The notes under the pieces were generated by a model that saw only the letters and a list, made by a program, of their open reading frames with translations, did no database searches and was not told where the DNA came from. From the human T2T-CHM13v2.0 reference genome, Homo sapiens: a stretch of 64,000 bases of DNA. The DNA is taken from assembly GCF_009914755.1 (NCBI RefSeq), contig NC_060948.1; one strand, given 5' to 3'. The first letter of the stretch is position 1; every line of letters starts with the position of its first letter. Below, in pieces: positions 30,650 to 46,146 of the stretch. A program made the translations under genes and the position numbers.

Positions 30650-31426
30650 CTCTGTTGTGAGAAAACTTTACTATTACATTTGCAAATGCCTTTCTACAAA
30701 CTTCACTTTGATACAAAGAAAACCACATGTAATCCAGAGTTGTGGAACAAAGATATTAGATTTCAGGGCTTGATATATGCTCGTATTGATGGTTTTCTAA
30801 AAGAACCACTGATGTAAAAGGTTTCCCCTCTTTGTTTCTTTTAAATGTCTGCCTGCAAACCTCTCTTCAGCTAAACCCTTCCCTTGAAAGAAAACTGCTC
30901 TTCTTTAAGAGTTCTGGCACAAAAACTTCATCTTTGAGAGCTAAATATTTGTTTGTATTGATAAGTAATGAGAAAGGTCACTATTTTAAAAAAATTATCT
31001 TGTTTCTTATTCTAAATACTTATCAGGGATTCTTCTGTTTATGTTAAAGTCTGCCTTTCTCTTAAAGAAAACCATCCATCAGCAAAAGTTATGGCACAAA
31101 CGTGTTGCCAGCTTTCAGGACGATATATTTTTTCATTTTGATGGTTTTTTAGGTGAGACACTGTTGCTATCATCACTCTCTTCCTTTCTTCTTTTAAGTG
31201 ATCATCCACGAACTTTTATTTATATGAACTTTTTTTTTTGCTTGCAACAAAACCACGCATCAGAAAGGGTTCTAACATAATATTTGTTTTCAGCTTTCAG
31301 AGCCAGACATATGCATTAATTTTTAGGTTCCCTAGAAGAGCCACTGGTGTGAGAAATCTCCTACTTCCTCCTTCTTAGTTTCTGTCTAGAAATATCTCTT
31401 TTTTTGTTAAACACCTTCCCTTCTTT

Positions 31427-31427
<1 letters not shown>

Positions 31428-31474
<47 letters not shown>
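31428..31474 (+). repeat. (CA)n microsatellite
   Basis: Direct reading. Confidence 0.97.
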
Positions 31475-31475
<1 letters not shown>

Positions 31476-32790
31476 TTACTAATAGTTCTGGCACAAAGCT
31501 TCTTGTCAACTGTCAAGACCAGATATTTATTTGTTTTGACAGTTTTCTAGGAAGGATATTTGTGTTAGAGAATCTTTTTCTTGCTTACTCTAAATGTCTG
31601 TCTGAGAACTTTTCTTTGTATCTACATCTTTCTTATCCTGATAAAAAATGACCCATCATCAATAGCCCTGGAACAAATACTGTTATCAGATTTTAGAGCA
31701 GATATTTTTAAGATTTTGATATGTATCTATTGGGGCAAATGATGTACAATTTTTTTCTCTCCCTATAAATACCTCTCTGCAAACTTCCTTCATGTTAACA
31801 TCTTCGTTTCTCTTAAAACTGACCATGTTCACAAGTCATGGAAAAAAGTTTGTTGTTAGCATTAACTGCCAGATATATATTGGTCTTGATGGGTTTCTAG
31901 AAGAAACACTGCAATAGGAAAATTTTTTGCTAACTTCTTCTAGAAGCCTACCTGCAAGCTTCTCCCCATATTTACATCGTTGTTTCCTAAAAAAAAAAAA
32001 AAAAAAAAAAAAGGCTGCCCATCACCAAGAGTTTTGGCACAAAACTTATTGTTAGCTTTCAAAGCTGCGTATTTATTGGCATTAATTGATCTTTAGAAGA
32101 GCCACTGGAATGTGAGAATACTCTTTCTACCTCTTTTAAAACAACTGCAATGTTCTCTTTCTGTTAACATCTGTATTTAGCTCTACAAAAAATGCTGGCC
32201 ATCATCAAGAGTTCTGGCACAAAGCCTGTCATCAGCTGTCAAGACCAGATATTTATTTGTTCTGAAGTTTCCCTGGAAGGGCCATGACTATAAGATAATT
32301 TTTCTACTTTCTCCTTCTAAATGCTTGTCTGCAATATTTTTTGTGTTGAAATTTATCTTTCCTTGAAAGAAAACTCATCTTCAAGAGTTCTGGAACAAAG
32401 CTTGTTGTCATTTTTCAGAGTCAGATATTTATTCATTTTGATGGTTCCAAAAAAGAACCAGAGATGAAGGAGAATTTTTTACCTTACTATTTCTGAATAA
32501 CTGTTTATAAACTTGTCATTATGTAACCATATTCCATTTTTCAAAAGTAAACTAACCCATCATAAACACTTCTGGCATAGACCTTGATGTCAGCCTTTAG
32601 CGTTGGATAATTGTTTTTATTGAATGGTTCCTAGAAGAACAACTGGTTTGAGAGAATATCCCCCCTTGCTTTTTCTAAATGTCTGCCTTCAAACTATGTT
32701 TGTTAAAATTTACCCCTTTATTAAAATAATCCTCATCAGCAGTAGTTCTTTCATAAAGCTTTCTGTCAGCTGTTAAAACTGAATTGTTAG

Positions 32791-33395
32791 AGTGGGTCAA
32801 GATGGTAGATGAGAAACAGTGACAATCAGAGGCTCCCATCAAAAAGATCCAAAATAACTATGTGAATCTTTCACTAGTAAACTGAGGTATCTATGTTCTC
32901 TCATAAGAACTGACTAGGCAGATGACATAATCCACAAAGAGAAAGGAAGAGCAGTGCTATGCAGCAGTCCACTTGAGAACCACAGGGAGCAGGGGTGCCC
33001 CAATGCCCCAGCCAAAATAGGTGGTGAGAGAGCATGCTACCCAGCTGGGGGAACTGTGCTTTTTTCATGAAACTCTGCAACCCATGGATCAAAAGGTCCC
33101 ACTTGAGATCCTACAGCAATGACACCTAGCATCCCAATCTCAGGGCTTTGCAGATTCTCAACAACCTACTGTCTAAGCCATTTTACCTTCTTTGGAGTGG
33201 GGCAGCGGTAGGACTCACAACTGCCTGACCGGCTAAGCTCCTTGGGTCAGGGAAATGTGGCATGCATCTCTGTAGCTCCAAGCTGTGTTTTTCTTCTGCT
33301 GGAGCCAGGGAGGCTGGCTGGTTTAGTCACAAAATGTGTTCCCCACAACCCAACAAACTGGCTGTGACACACCAGCCAGAATGCCTCCTCAGGCT
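32791..33395 (+). mobile_element. Older primate L1 5' UTR fragment (L1PA13-16/L1PB-like)
   Basis: ggtcaagatgg start, cagaggctccc, actgaggtatc..gttctctca motifs typical of old L1 5' ends. Confidence 0.6.
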
Positions 33396-33450
33396 TATTT
33401 CTGGATAACTGTTTACAAACTTGTCATTATGTAACCCTCTTCCATTTTTC

Positions 33451-34903
<1,453 letters not shown>

Positions 34904-34918
34904 CCTCTTCCATTTTTC

Positions 34919-35166
34919 AAAAGTAAACTAACCCATCATAAACACTTCTGGCATAGACCTTGCTGTCAGCTTTTAGAGTTGGATATTTGTTTTTATTGAA
35001 TGGTTCCTAGAAGAAAAACTGGTTTGAGAGAATTTTCCCCCTTGCTCTTTCTAAATGTCTGCCTGCAAACTATGTTTGTTAAAATTTCCCCTTTTATTAA
35101 AATAATCCCCATCAGCAATAGTTCTTCCATAAAGCTTTCTGTCAGCTGTTAAAACTGAATAGTTAG
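34919..35166. repeat. Duplicated terminal units of the ~176-bp array
   Basis: Near-copy of 32543-32790. Confidence 0.85.
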
Positions 35167-35180
35167 GAGAGAGGTCAAGA

Positions 35181-35892
35181 AGGGGGAATAAAAAACAAAG
35201 ACAAATGAGTATATTTGGAAGAAAGGGTCAGATGGCACCTTGCCCCTAGGGGAGTGATTGTAGTAAATAATGATGTACAGAGCCCATTCACCTTAGGATT
35301 GCTGGAATCTGTGTTCAGTGCTATGTGTCTTTTACCCTTTGATGTGAAACACTTGGCACAAACTTGCTTGTCTCCTAGTGAATATATGACATGGAATTTA
35401 AATTGGCAAGAAATGTGTGCAGACAAGGCTAGATAGAATCGTGTTGCTGGACACAGAGACATTACAAAGGATATGCTATTGGGTAATGGCACTTATTCAG
35501 ACCTGGAACGTCAAATTGCACTCCCAGACACTGCTTATCAACAACATGCATAGGCCGCTATATGTGCCTAGGTCCCAATTCCTGAAGAGGGAGTCCCAGT
35601 ACAATCCTTTTTACATATCATGCAAGTGTCAAAGAAGCCCTATGTGCAATTTCTTGCAAGATTACAAAAGGCAGTGAGCATCACATTCCTCATGCCACTG
35701 CCACAGAAATGCTAACCTTAACTTTAGCTTTTGAGAATGGAATCACAGTTTGTAAATGTGCACTGGTGCCTGAGAGGTGTACAAAAACTTGGGAAATTTT
35801 TTCAGAGCTTGTCAAGATGTAGGAACTGAGCTTCATTGATCTGCACTGTTAACAAAAACAATGGCTAATTTGACTGCTGACTAATCTAACAG
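35181..35892 (+). mobile_element. gag: HERV-K(HML)-type gag CA fragment (HML-6-like, tentative); no 5' LTR
   Basis: SPFTLGLLESV...LLPFDVKHLAQTCLSPSEY; MHR-like EPYVQFLARLQKAV; continues at 42696 after the ERV9 insertion. Confidence 0.7.
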
Positions 35893-36316
35893 TGAGATGT
35901 GAAGGCAGCTGGGCTTCTGGTTTGGGTGGGGACTGGGATAACTTTTCTATCTATCTAAAGGATTGTAAATGCACCAATAAGCACTCTGTGTCTAGATAAA
36001 GTTTTGTAAATGCACCAATCAACACTATGTCAAAATGGACAAATCAGCACTCTGTAAAATGGATGAATCAGTGCTCTGTAAAATGGACCAATCAGCAGGA
36101 TGTGGGTGGGGCCAAATAACAGAATAAAAGCTGGCCACCTGAGTCAGGTCCCCTTCTACTCTGTGGAAGCTTTTTTCATTTGCTCTTCATAATAAATCAT
36201 GCTGCTGCTAACTGTTTGGGTCCGTGCCAACATTATGAGCTATAACACTCACCACAGGCATCCGTGGCTTTATTCTTGAAGTGAGCAAGACCAAGAACTC
36301 ATCAATTCTGGACACA
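35893..36316 (+). promoter_or_regulatory. ERV9 5' LTR12 (424 bp)
   Basis: tgagatgtgaaggcagctgg...ggacaca; CCAAT repeats and gaataaaagc. Confidence 0.88.
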
Positions 36317-39300
36317 TTTTGGCTATTTCGAAGAGACCATCACCTATCACCAAGCAGTGAGACCATCACCTATCACCAAGTGGTGAGTACAATTGGACCA
36401 CTTTCACTTACTATTCTGTCTTATTTTTCTTTAGAATTTGGGGGCTAAATACTGGGCACCTGCCAGCCAGTTAAAAGTGACTAGCACAGCCACTGGACTA
36501 AAGAAAAAAGTGTCAGGGCTTTCTGGGAAAGGGCTCTCTAACAATCCCTGACTCTTCAGGGTTGGGAGCGTTGGTTTGCCCAGAACCTGCTTCCACTTTT
36601 CCTGTAATTCTGGGCTGAGCCAAGGGTCAACAGAGAGGAAAGTCATTCAGCTCCCGGGGTCGTGACAAGTTGGTTGACCCTGTAGCCATGAGTGGAACTT
36701 TCAAAGGCATGTAGCCCAACTAAGACTATAGCTCATCTATCCTATCTATCCTGACCCTTGCACCCAGGGTCCTAATGCCTGCCAGACAAACTTCCTTTTG
36801 CCTCTCTTCTCCAAGGCTATCCCTACTTCTAAAAACCACTCCCTCTCTCTGGTGCTTTTCTAGTTTCCTCTTTAAGAATGATTTCTAGTATAAACTCCAG
36901 GACTCTGTTACCTTCTTTAGGTAGCTGGGCTCACCAATCAAAAAGACATACTTTTTTTTTTTTTTCCCAAATCCAAGTCACAGGGAGGACTATCTGGAAT
37001 TTTAGCATCCCTCCTCAGACTAACAGGCCTAACAAAAGCTATTCCTAAAGTTAGGATATGGGAAGACTCAGAAATTGTATCCCTCCTATTCATATGAGTA
37101 AGGACAAAATGTGTCACTCTTCCAGCCCTGGAGATCCCTTCCATCCCTCAGGGTATGGCCTTCCACTTAATTTTTGGGGTATAACATCTTTATAGGACAT
37201 GGATAAGGTCCCAATACTAAAAAGAGAATGCTTAGGACTCTAACAGGTTTTTGAGAATGTGTTGGTAAGGGCCACTAAATCCAATTTTTCTCAGTCCTCT
37301 TTGTGGTCTAGGAGGACAAGCAAGGGTGCAGGTTTTTGAGAATGCATCAGTAAGGGCCACTAAATCTGACCTTCCTTGGTCCTCCTTGTGATCTGGGAGG
37401 AAAACTAGTGTTTCTGCTGCTGTGTTGGTGAGCACAAATATTTCAATCAGCAGGGTCCAGGGACCATTGTGGGTTCTTGGGCAGGGGTTGTGTCTGCTGC
37501 TGCATCTATTACAGTTAGCAGGGTCCAGGGATCATTGCACGTTCTTGGGCAGGGAGAGAAAACACTCAGGCATCAACAGGCTCACTCTTGAAATGCATCC
37601 TAAGCCATTGGGACCAAATTGACCCACAAACCCTGAAAAAGAGGTGGCTCATTTTTTTCTGCACTACAGCTTGGCCCCAATATTCTCTCTCTGATGAGGA
37701 AAAGTGGCCACCTGTGGGAATTACAAATTACAACATTATCCTGCAACTTTACCTTTTCTGTAAGAGGGAAGGCAAATGGAGTTAAATACCTTATGTCCAA
37801 GCTTTCTTCTCATTGAAGGAGAATATACAACTATACAAAGCTTGCAATTTACATCCCACAGGAGGACCTCTCAGCTTACCCCCACATCCTAGCCTCCCTA
37901 CAGCTCCACTTCCTATTAATGATAAGCCTCCTCTAACCTCCCCTGCCCAGGAGGAAATAAGCAAAGAAATCTCCAAAGGACCACAACCCCACCCCCCTCT
38001 ATCTATTATGTCCCCTTCAAGCTGTAGGGGGAGGGGAATTTGGCCTAACCAGGGTACATGTCCCTTTCTCCCTCTCTGATTTAAAGTAGATCAAGGCAGA
38101 CCTGGGGAAGTTTTCAGATGATCTTGATAGGTATATAGATGTCCTACAGGGTCTAGGGAATCGCTTGTAGAGATGTCATGCTATTGTTGGATCAAACCAT
38201 GTCCTTTAATGAAAAGAAGGTGGCTTTAGCTGCAGTCCAAGAGTTTTGAGATATTTGATATCTTAGTCAAGTAAATGATAGAATGACAGTCAAACAAAGG
38301 TACAACTTCCCTACCAGTCAGCAAGCCATCCCCAGTATGGATCCCCACTGAAACCTCAACTCAGATCATGGGGACTGTGGTCATAAACATCTCTTGACCT
38401 GCGTTCTAGAAGGACTAATGAGAATTAGGAAAAAGAGCATGAATTATTCAATGATGTCTACCATAACTCAGAGAAAGGAAGAAAATCCTTTTGCCTTCCT
38501 CAAGTGGCTAAGGGAGGCCTTAAGAAAATATACTCCCGGTCACCTGACTCACCTGAGCCTCAATTGATCCTAAAAGACAAGTTTATTACCCAATCAGCTG
38601 TGGATATCAGGAGAAAGCTGCAAAAGCAAGCCCTGGGCCCTGAACAAAATCTGGAGGCACTATTAAACCTGACAACCTCAGTATTCTATAATAGGGACCA
38701 AGAGAATTAGGCTCAAAAGGAAAATTGAGATCAGAGAAAGGTCACAGCCTTAGTCATGGCCCTCTGACAAACAAACCTTGGTGGTTCAGAGAGGACAGAA
38801 AATGGAGCAGGCCAATCACCCTGTAGGCCTTTTACAAGTGTGATTTGCAAGGACATTTTAAAAAAGGTTGTCCAGTGAAAAACGAGCCACCCCCTGATCT
38901 ATGTCCACTATACCAAGACAATCACTGGAAGCTGCACTGCCCTTGAGGACAAAGGTCATCTGGGTCATGTGTCCCTCAACCAGATGGTCCAACAACAGGA
39001 GTGAGGGTGCCTGGGGTAAGCACCAGCTCATGTCATCACCTTCACTGAGCCCTGGGTATGTTTAACCATTGAGGGCCAGGAAATTGAATTCCTCCTGGAC
39101 ACTGGCATGGCCTTCTCAGTGTTAATCTCCTGTCCTGGATGACTGTCCTCAAGGTCTGTTACCATCTGAGGAATTCTGGGACAGCCTGTAACCAAGTATT
39201 TCTGTAACCTCCTCAGTTGTAATTGGGAGACTTTGCTCTTTTCACTTGCCTATCCTGTCATGTCTGAAAGTCCCACACCCTTACTAGGGAGGGATATATT

Positions 39301-40319
39301 AGCCAAAGCTAGAGGTGTTATCTACATGAATATGGGGAACAAGTTACCCATTTGTCATCCTCTGTTGAGGAGGGAATAAACCCTGAAATCTGGGCATTGG
39401 AAGGAATAAACTCAAGCCCCAGTCTCAAGCCTTCTCACAAGATGAAACTTTTCTTTATATGTCATAGAGAGAGCAGGAATAGCTCTTGGCGTCCTTACTC
39501 AGACTCATGGGACAACCCCACAACCAGTGGCATACCTAAGTAAGGAGATTGATATAGTAGAAAAAGGCTGGCCTCACTGTTTACAGGTAGTAGTGGCAGT
39601 GGCTGTCTTAGTATCAGAGGCTATCAAAATAATACAAGGAAAGTATCTCACTGTCTGGACTACTCATAATGTAAATGGCATACTAGGTGCCAAAGGAAGT
39701 TTGTGACTATCAGACAACCACCAGGTACTACTCCTTGAGGGATGGGTGTTTCAAGTGCATATGTATGCAGCCTTCAGCCCTGCAGTGGCTCACAGTGTTC
39801 TCGCAGAGGATGGGGAGTTGGTCGAGCATGGCTGTCAACAGGTTGAAGTCCAGATTTTTGCCACCTGAGATGATCTCTTAGAATACCCCTTGGCTAATCC
39901 TGACCTTAACATATATAGCGATGGAAATTCATTTGTGGAAAATGAGATTTGAAAGACGGGTTATGTCATAGTTAGTGATGTAACTGTACTTGAAAGTAAG
40001 CCTCTTCCCCCCAGGACCAAGGCCCAGTTAACAGAACTAGCGGCACTTACCCAAGCCTTAGAAGTGGGAAAGGGAAAAAGAATAAATGTGAATACAGATA
40101 GCAAGTACGCTTATCTAATCCTACATGCCCATGCTGCAATATGGAAAGAAAAGGAGTTCCTAACCTCTGTGAGAACCCCCATTAAATAACACAATTAAAT
40201 CATGGAGTTATTGCACTCAGTGCAAAAACCCAAGGAGGTGGCAGTCTTACACTGCCAAAGCCATCAATAAGGGGAAGGAGAGGAGAGAACAGCAGCATAA
40301 GAAGCTGGCAGGGGCAGGA

Positions 40320-40555
40320 GAAGACCAGCAGAGAGAAAGAGAAAGACAAAGTCAAAGAAGGAAAGAGAGAAAGAGACAGAAAATCAGAGAGAGGGAGAGA
40401 CAAAGATAGAGAGAAAGAGAAAGATAGGAAGTCAAAGAAAAGGAGATAGAGAGAAAGAGACAGAGAGACAGAAAGTCAAGCAGAGAAGAAAAGAGAGGAA
40501 GAGACAAAGGAGAAAGGAGTCAAAGAGAGAGAAAGAAATAGAAGTAGTAAAGAAA
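40320..40555 (+). repeat. AG-rich low-complexity tract within ERV9
   Basis: Purine-rich gagagaaaga repeats. Confidence 0.85.
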
Positions 40556-41911
40556 AAACAGTCTACCCTATTCGTTTAAAAGCCAGGGTAAATTTAAAAC
40601 CTATAATTGATAATTGAAGGTTTTCTCTGTAACTCTAACACTCCAATACGACCTTGTTGTCAGTGAAAACAAGGGCATAGCCCAAAAGTACTGAGGCCAC
40701 TGATGACCTATAGCCTTCCTATCAAAAATTCTTAACCCAGCAGGCTTCCTGACAGGGTATCTACATCGGAAAATCCGACCAGACATAGGAGGAACTCCCT
40801 TCAGGACAGGATGATAGATGATTCCTCCTAGGCAATTAAAAAAAAAAAAAGACACAAGTAAGTGATAAGAAAACTCTTGTAGAAGCAGAGATAGGAAAAT
40901 TGCCCAATAATTGGTCTGCTCAAACATGTGACCTGTTTGCACTCAGCCAAAACTTAAAGTACATACAGAATCAGGAAGGAGCCATCTATACCAATTTTAA
41001 GTTAATATGGAATGAATGAGGTCTTATTAATGGCAAAGAATAATTAAAATCCCACACTTACAAGGTTTTCAACAAAAGTACAGTTTGCTAAAAGTTAACA
41101 GTGTGACATATATTATCCTAACTTCTCATCTTATGGAAATCAGACCCTATCAGTGTCCCTGAAAGTTCAAGTCTGTCAGCACAGAGCCATATAACCAATA
41201 CCCCTACTTATAGTGTTAGGAATGACCACTGCTACAGGAACCAGAATAGCCAGTTTATCTACTTCATTATCCTACTACCACACACTCTCAAAGGATTTCT
41301 CAGACAGTTTGCAAAAAATAACAAAATCTATCCTTACTCTACAATCCCAAATAGACTCTTCGGCAACAGTGACTCTCCAAAACCACTGAGGCCTAGACCT
41401 CCTCACTGCTGAGAAACGAGGACTCTGCACCTTCTTAGGGGAAGAGTGTTGTTTTTACACGAACCAGTCAGGGATAGTAGGAGATGCCACCTGACATTTA
41501 CAGGAAAAGGCTTCTGAAATCAGAAAACACCTTTCAAACTCTTATATCAGCCTCTGGAGTTGGACAGCATGGCTTTATCCCCTTTCTAGGTTCCGTGGCA
41601 GATATCTTGCTGTTACCAGGCTTTGGGACCTGTATTTTTAAGCTTCTTTTCAAATTTGTTTCCTCTAGAATTGAGGCCATCACAGCTACAGATGGTCTTT
41701 CAAAATGGAAACCCAAATGAGTTCAACTAACAACTTCTACTGAGAACCCCTGGACTGTCCCACTGGCCCTTCCACTGGCCTAAAGAGTTCCCCTCTGGTG
41801 GACACTACAACTGCAGGACCCCTTCTTCATCCCTATCCAGCAAGAAGTAGCTAGAACTCTTATTGGCCAAATTCCCAACAACAGTTGTAGTGTCCTCTTT
41901 AGAGGGGGGAT

Positions 41912-42695
41912 TGATATGTGAATCTGGCTGGGCTTCTGGGTTCAGTGGGGACTTGGATAAATTTTCTGTCTAGCTAAGGGATTGTAAATGCACCAGTCAG
42001 CACTCTGTGTCTAGCTAAAGCTTGTAAATGTACCAATTGGCATTCTGTGTCTAGCTAATTGGGTAGGGGACTGTCTAGCTAAAGGATAGTAAATGCAACA
42101 ATCAGTGCTCTGTGTCTAGCTAAAGGTTTGTAAAGGCACCAATCAGCACTCTGTCAAGATAGACTAATCAGCACTCTGTAAAATGGATCAATCAGTGCTC
42201 TGTAAAATGGACCAATCAGTGGGATGTGGGGTGGGAGTGGAAAATAAGGGAATAAAAGCTGGCCACCCGAGCCAGCAGCGGCAACATGCTTGGGTCTCCT
42301 TCCACACTGTAGAGGCTTGTTCTTTCACTCTTTGCAATAAATCTTGCTGTTGCTCACTCTTTGGGTCTGTGTCACCTTTATGAACTGTAACACTAACCAC
42401 AAAGGTCTGCAGCTTCACTCCTGAAGCCAGCGAGACCACAAACCCACAGAGGAAAAAACAACTCTGGCTGTGCCAACTTTAACAGCTGTAACACTCACTG
42501 CAAAGGTCTGTGGTTTCACTCCTGAAGTCAGGAAGACCAAGAACCCATCAGAAGGAAGAAACTCTGGACACATCTGAACATCTGCAGGAACACACTCCAG
42601 ACACAGCATCTTTAAGAATTGTAACACTCACTGTGAGGGTCTGTGTCTTCATTCTTGAAGTCATTAAAACCAAGAACTCATGAAATCCAAACACA
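41912..42695 (+). promoter_or_regulatory. ERV9 3' LTR12 (784 bp)
   Basis: Follows the PPT; multiple tgtctagctaa U3 repeats and three gtaacactcac U5 repeats; ends aacaca. Confidence 0.88.
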
Positions 42696-43252
42696 AAAGG
42701 AGTCAAGGAACAAACCCTAAAATGGGAAAATATTATAATTGTGGAAAAGCTGGACAGTTTAAAAAGGAATGCTGCCAGATCTGAGGACAGAAAGAGACTT
42801 AAAATGGAGTGTCCCACCCACTGGAAAAATTCCAGGACTTTGCCGTTGCTATAACAACTGGGCTAATAAGTTCCACTCAAGATTGCAACAGAATGGCATC
42901 CGCTGTTGGGGAATGAGATGGGGGCCTGGACCAAGGTCATTCAAACAATGAGAGCATTCCCAGTTCAGACCACAACACCATTTCAGGAATGGTTCCCAGG
43001 AGAAACATTGATTTCCTCACCCCAGGAAGACCAGGAAGTGTAGGATTACATGTCCTGGTCAGAGAATGGGTAACATTAGTGGGACGAGAGAAACCCAACA
43101 AGATTTCCACTGGCATTTGGGGACCTTCAACAACAGGATGTATGGGACTAATTTTAGGCAAAAGCCATCTTAATTTACAGGGCAATACTGTACCCCCAGG
43201 AGTTGTTGACTCTCATTATGAAGGAGAAATTCAAGTAGTTTTAATGTCACGA
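42696..43252 (+). mobile_element. HML gag NC and dUTPase/pro 5' fragment
   Basis: YNCGKAGQFKKEC knuckle; KISTGIWGP...GLILGKSHLNLQG..VPPGVVDSHYEGEIQV dUTPase motifs. Confidence 0.82.
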
Positions 43253-43857
43253 TGTAATACCTAACCTTGTTTTTACTAACCTTGCTTTTAGACTCTCCCT
43301 TTCTCCCTTAATCACCTAGCCTTGTTTCCACATGTATAAGCTCTCCCTTGGCTGAGAAAGCCTGATGAACTCCATTTGGCTCCTTCATTTACAAGACGTC
43401 AAGGACTCCTTACCCACCCCCTTCCTCAAGGAGTTCACTTGTGTAAGCTGACTCTCAACATATCAAAGAGTCCAATTAACTGATAAGGTACTGAAGCAAG
43501 CAATGTACAAAGTTCCCAGGATTTTGCTCAAGAGATAACACCATAACGCCTTGAGTTTCTGTCTGGCAGAGCCCCCATACCTAACATCTTATGATAGATT
43601 TAGAGCCCCTGCACCTGGAACTGTTGTCTTCCCTGTAACCATTTGTCTTTTTAAGTTTTTCGCATGTTTTCACTTCTGTAGAATTGTTGCAACTGAGCTC
43701 CCCTCCCCTTCCTAAACCAAAGTATAAAGGAAAAGCAAGCCTTTTCCTCGGGGCCAAGAGAATTCCAAACGTTAGCCGTCTCTCTCTCACTGGCTAATAA
43801 AGGACTCTTAAATTTGTCTCAAAGTGTGGTGTTCCTCTAACTCGCTTGGGTACAACA
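43253..43857 (+). mobile_element. Solo LTR6-like element inserted in HML dUTPase-pro
   Basis: tgtaat...tacaaca; 4-bp TSD acga/acaa; the host sequence is continuous across it. Confidence 0.8.
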
Positions 43858-44897
43858 ACAAGATCTTTGGGTTTTTGAACCAGGAGAATATGTTGCTCAA
43901 TTATTGTTTATTCCCTGCAAATTACACCCTCCTCCATGAAAGGAGAAACAAGAGAATAAACGGTTTAGCAGCACAACTACATGGGAAATCTATCCATCCC
44001 AACCGATAGCCTCTGATAGGCCCACCTGTGTAGTGCAAATTAAAGGAAATAAATTTGGGGGCTTATGGATACGGGAGTTGATGTGTCAATAATATCTAAA
44101 GACAATCGGCCCCCATCCTGGCCATTACAATTAACTTCTACATCCTTAGCGGGAGTAGGAACAGCTCAAAGTGTTTAACAGAGTGCTGAGATTTTACCTT
44201 TTCCTGGTCCAGACGGACAATGGTGTACTTTTCAGCCTTATGTTGCAAATATAGCTATCAATTTATGGGGTCAAGACTTACTTACAGCATGGGATATGAG
44301 ACTTACAAATGAAAACTTTGATAACCTAGGATTTAAAATGTTGAAGGACATGGGACATCAGAGTGGAAAATATTTAGAGAAATTCCTACAAGGAAACCCT
44401 AACCCAATATCAATAACTGGAAAGAAAGGTTAAACCCTGCCAGGAGACTCTTCACTAAATTTCCCATGGCAGTTGGCCAAAGAGGCAGAATTTGGAGTTG
44501 CAGCTTGTAGAACAAATGCTTTAGCAATGGCATGCCTCCCAGCTACACCTGCAGAAACCTTTGCTTTCATTATCCCTCAGACAAAATTTTGTAGTTTTAT
44601 GAATTCCATTCTTTCATTCTTCCTGTGATTACTCATCACAAGCCTATTCCAGGTGGACAGACTTATTTTACTGATGGCTCTTCTAAAGGTCGTGCCACTC
44701 TCTATGGACCTAAACATACTCAAACAATAATGCCCTCTGGGGCTTCAGCTCAATTCTCAGTGCTAACTGCAGTCATTCAGATTTTACAGCTCACAGCTGC
44801 AGATCCTACCAACATTGTCTGTAATTCAGCTTATGTTGTAAATGTAGTCGGTCACATAGAAACTGCTACAGTTAAAGGTACGCTAGACCCAGAACTG
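43858..44897 (+). mobile_element. HML pro / RNase H fragment (RT largely deleted)
   Basis: MDTGVDV protease, INLWGQDLL, TYFTDGSS. Confidence 0.8.
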
Positions 44898-45165
44898 ACA
44901 ATAGACACTTATTCTCATATGCTGCATGCTACATGCCAAACAGGTTCTGAGATTACTGATTAATCAGTATCAGCCACTGAGGAAAGAAAATGGAAATATG
45001 GAGACCAATAACACTATGAAGAGAGGTCAACAAGTCTGGAAAATAACCAGAGAGCATGTATATATGAAGGTCATAGAAGATTACCACTCTCTAGTACGTA
45101 GTATAAAGTTCTTATTTGGTACAGAGAGTGTCATCATGAATCCTGGTGCGTAGTTGAGATTGTGT

Positions 45166-45341
45166 TTTTTCTTTTATTTTCTTTTCCTTTTTGAGATGGA
45201 GTTTCACTCTTATCACCCAGGCTAGAGTGCAATGGTGTGACCTCAGGTCACTGCAAACTCTGACTCCCATGTTGCAAGTGATTCTCCTGCCTCAGCTTTG
45301 CAAGTAGCTGGGATTGCAGCCATACACCAAAATGCCTGGCT

Positions 45342-45378
<37 letters not shown>

Positions 45379-45505
45379 GATTTTTAGTAGAGGCGGGGTT
45401 TTACCATATTGGCCAGGCTGGTCTCAAACTCCTGAACTCAGATGCTCTGCCAGCCTCAGCCTCCCAAAGTGCTGAGATTACAGATGTGAGCCACTGCACC
45501 TGGCC
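45166..45505 (-). mobile_element. Alu with A34 linker (right-arm copy)
   Basis: Mirror of 8692-9042. Confidence 0.95.
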
Positions 45506-45813
45506 ACAATCGGGTTTCTTATGTTTGCACATTGCCAACTGATAAAGTTGGCATTATAATAGTCATTCTCACAATCCATTGTGGGGGTTCTGAATATCAC
45601 ATGCAGAAAGAGTCCACAGTTAAAACTGTGACTGTCATATGTGAACATATAGCCACAGTTGAAATATAACCTATTTCTAAACCCAGCTCACAGGCAGGTA
45701 AAGACCCTCTTATTTGGACCAAGTCAATTGGAGAGAGGACCGAGTCAATTGGAGAGACGTTGACTCTCATATCTGTGCTGGACACAGCTGAGTTTATGTG
45801 TCCATACCAGTAA

Positions 45814-46146
<333 letters not shown>

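Larger units (their letters stand above)
29023..32790. repeat. Diverged ~176-bp tandem array, block 2
   Basis: Same motif at ~29079, 29255, 29592, 30107, 30276, 30738, 30910, 31088, 31269, 31485, 31665, 31836, 32030, 32211, 32386, 32570 and 32745. Confidence 0.88.
35893..42695 (+). mobile_element. ERV9/HERV9 provirus with LTR12-family LTRs, internally deleted
   Basis: LTRs 35893-36316 and 41912-42695 with caccaatcagcactctg repeats; gag CILSHWDQ..FFCTTAWPQY; protease FLLDTG; RNase H; env [23 protein letters not shown]; PPT agagggggga; TSD acag/aaag. Confidence 0.92.

Noticed and set aside
17270-32790. Alpha satellite or CRISPR-like interpretation of the ~176-bp array
   Set aside because: No alphoid consensus motifs or CENP-B box were seen. 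Whole units are homologous rather than constant repeats with unique spacers, and the context is primate DNA with no cas genes.
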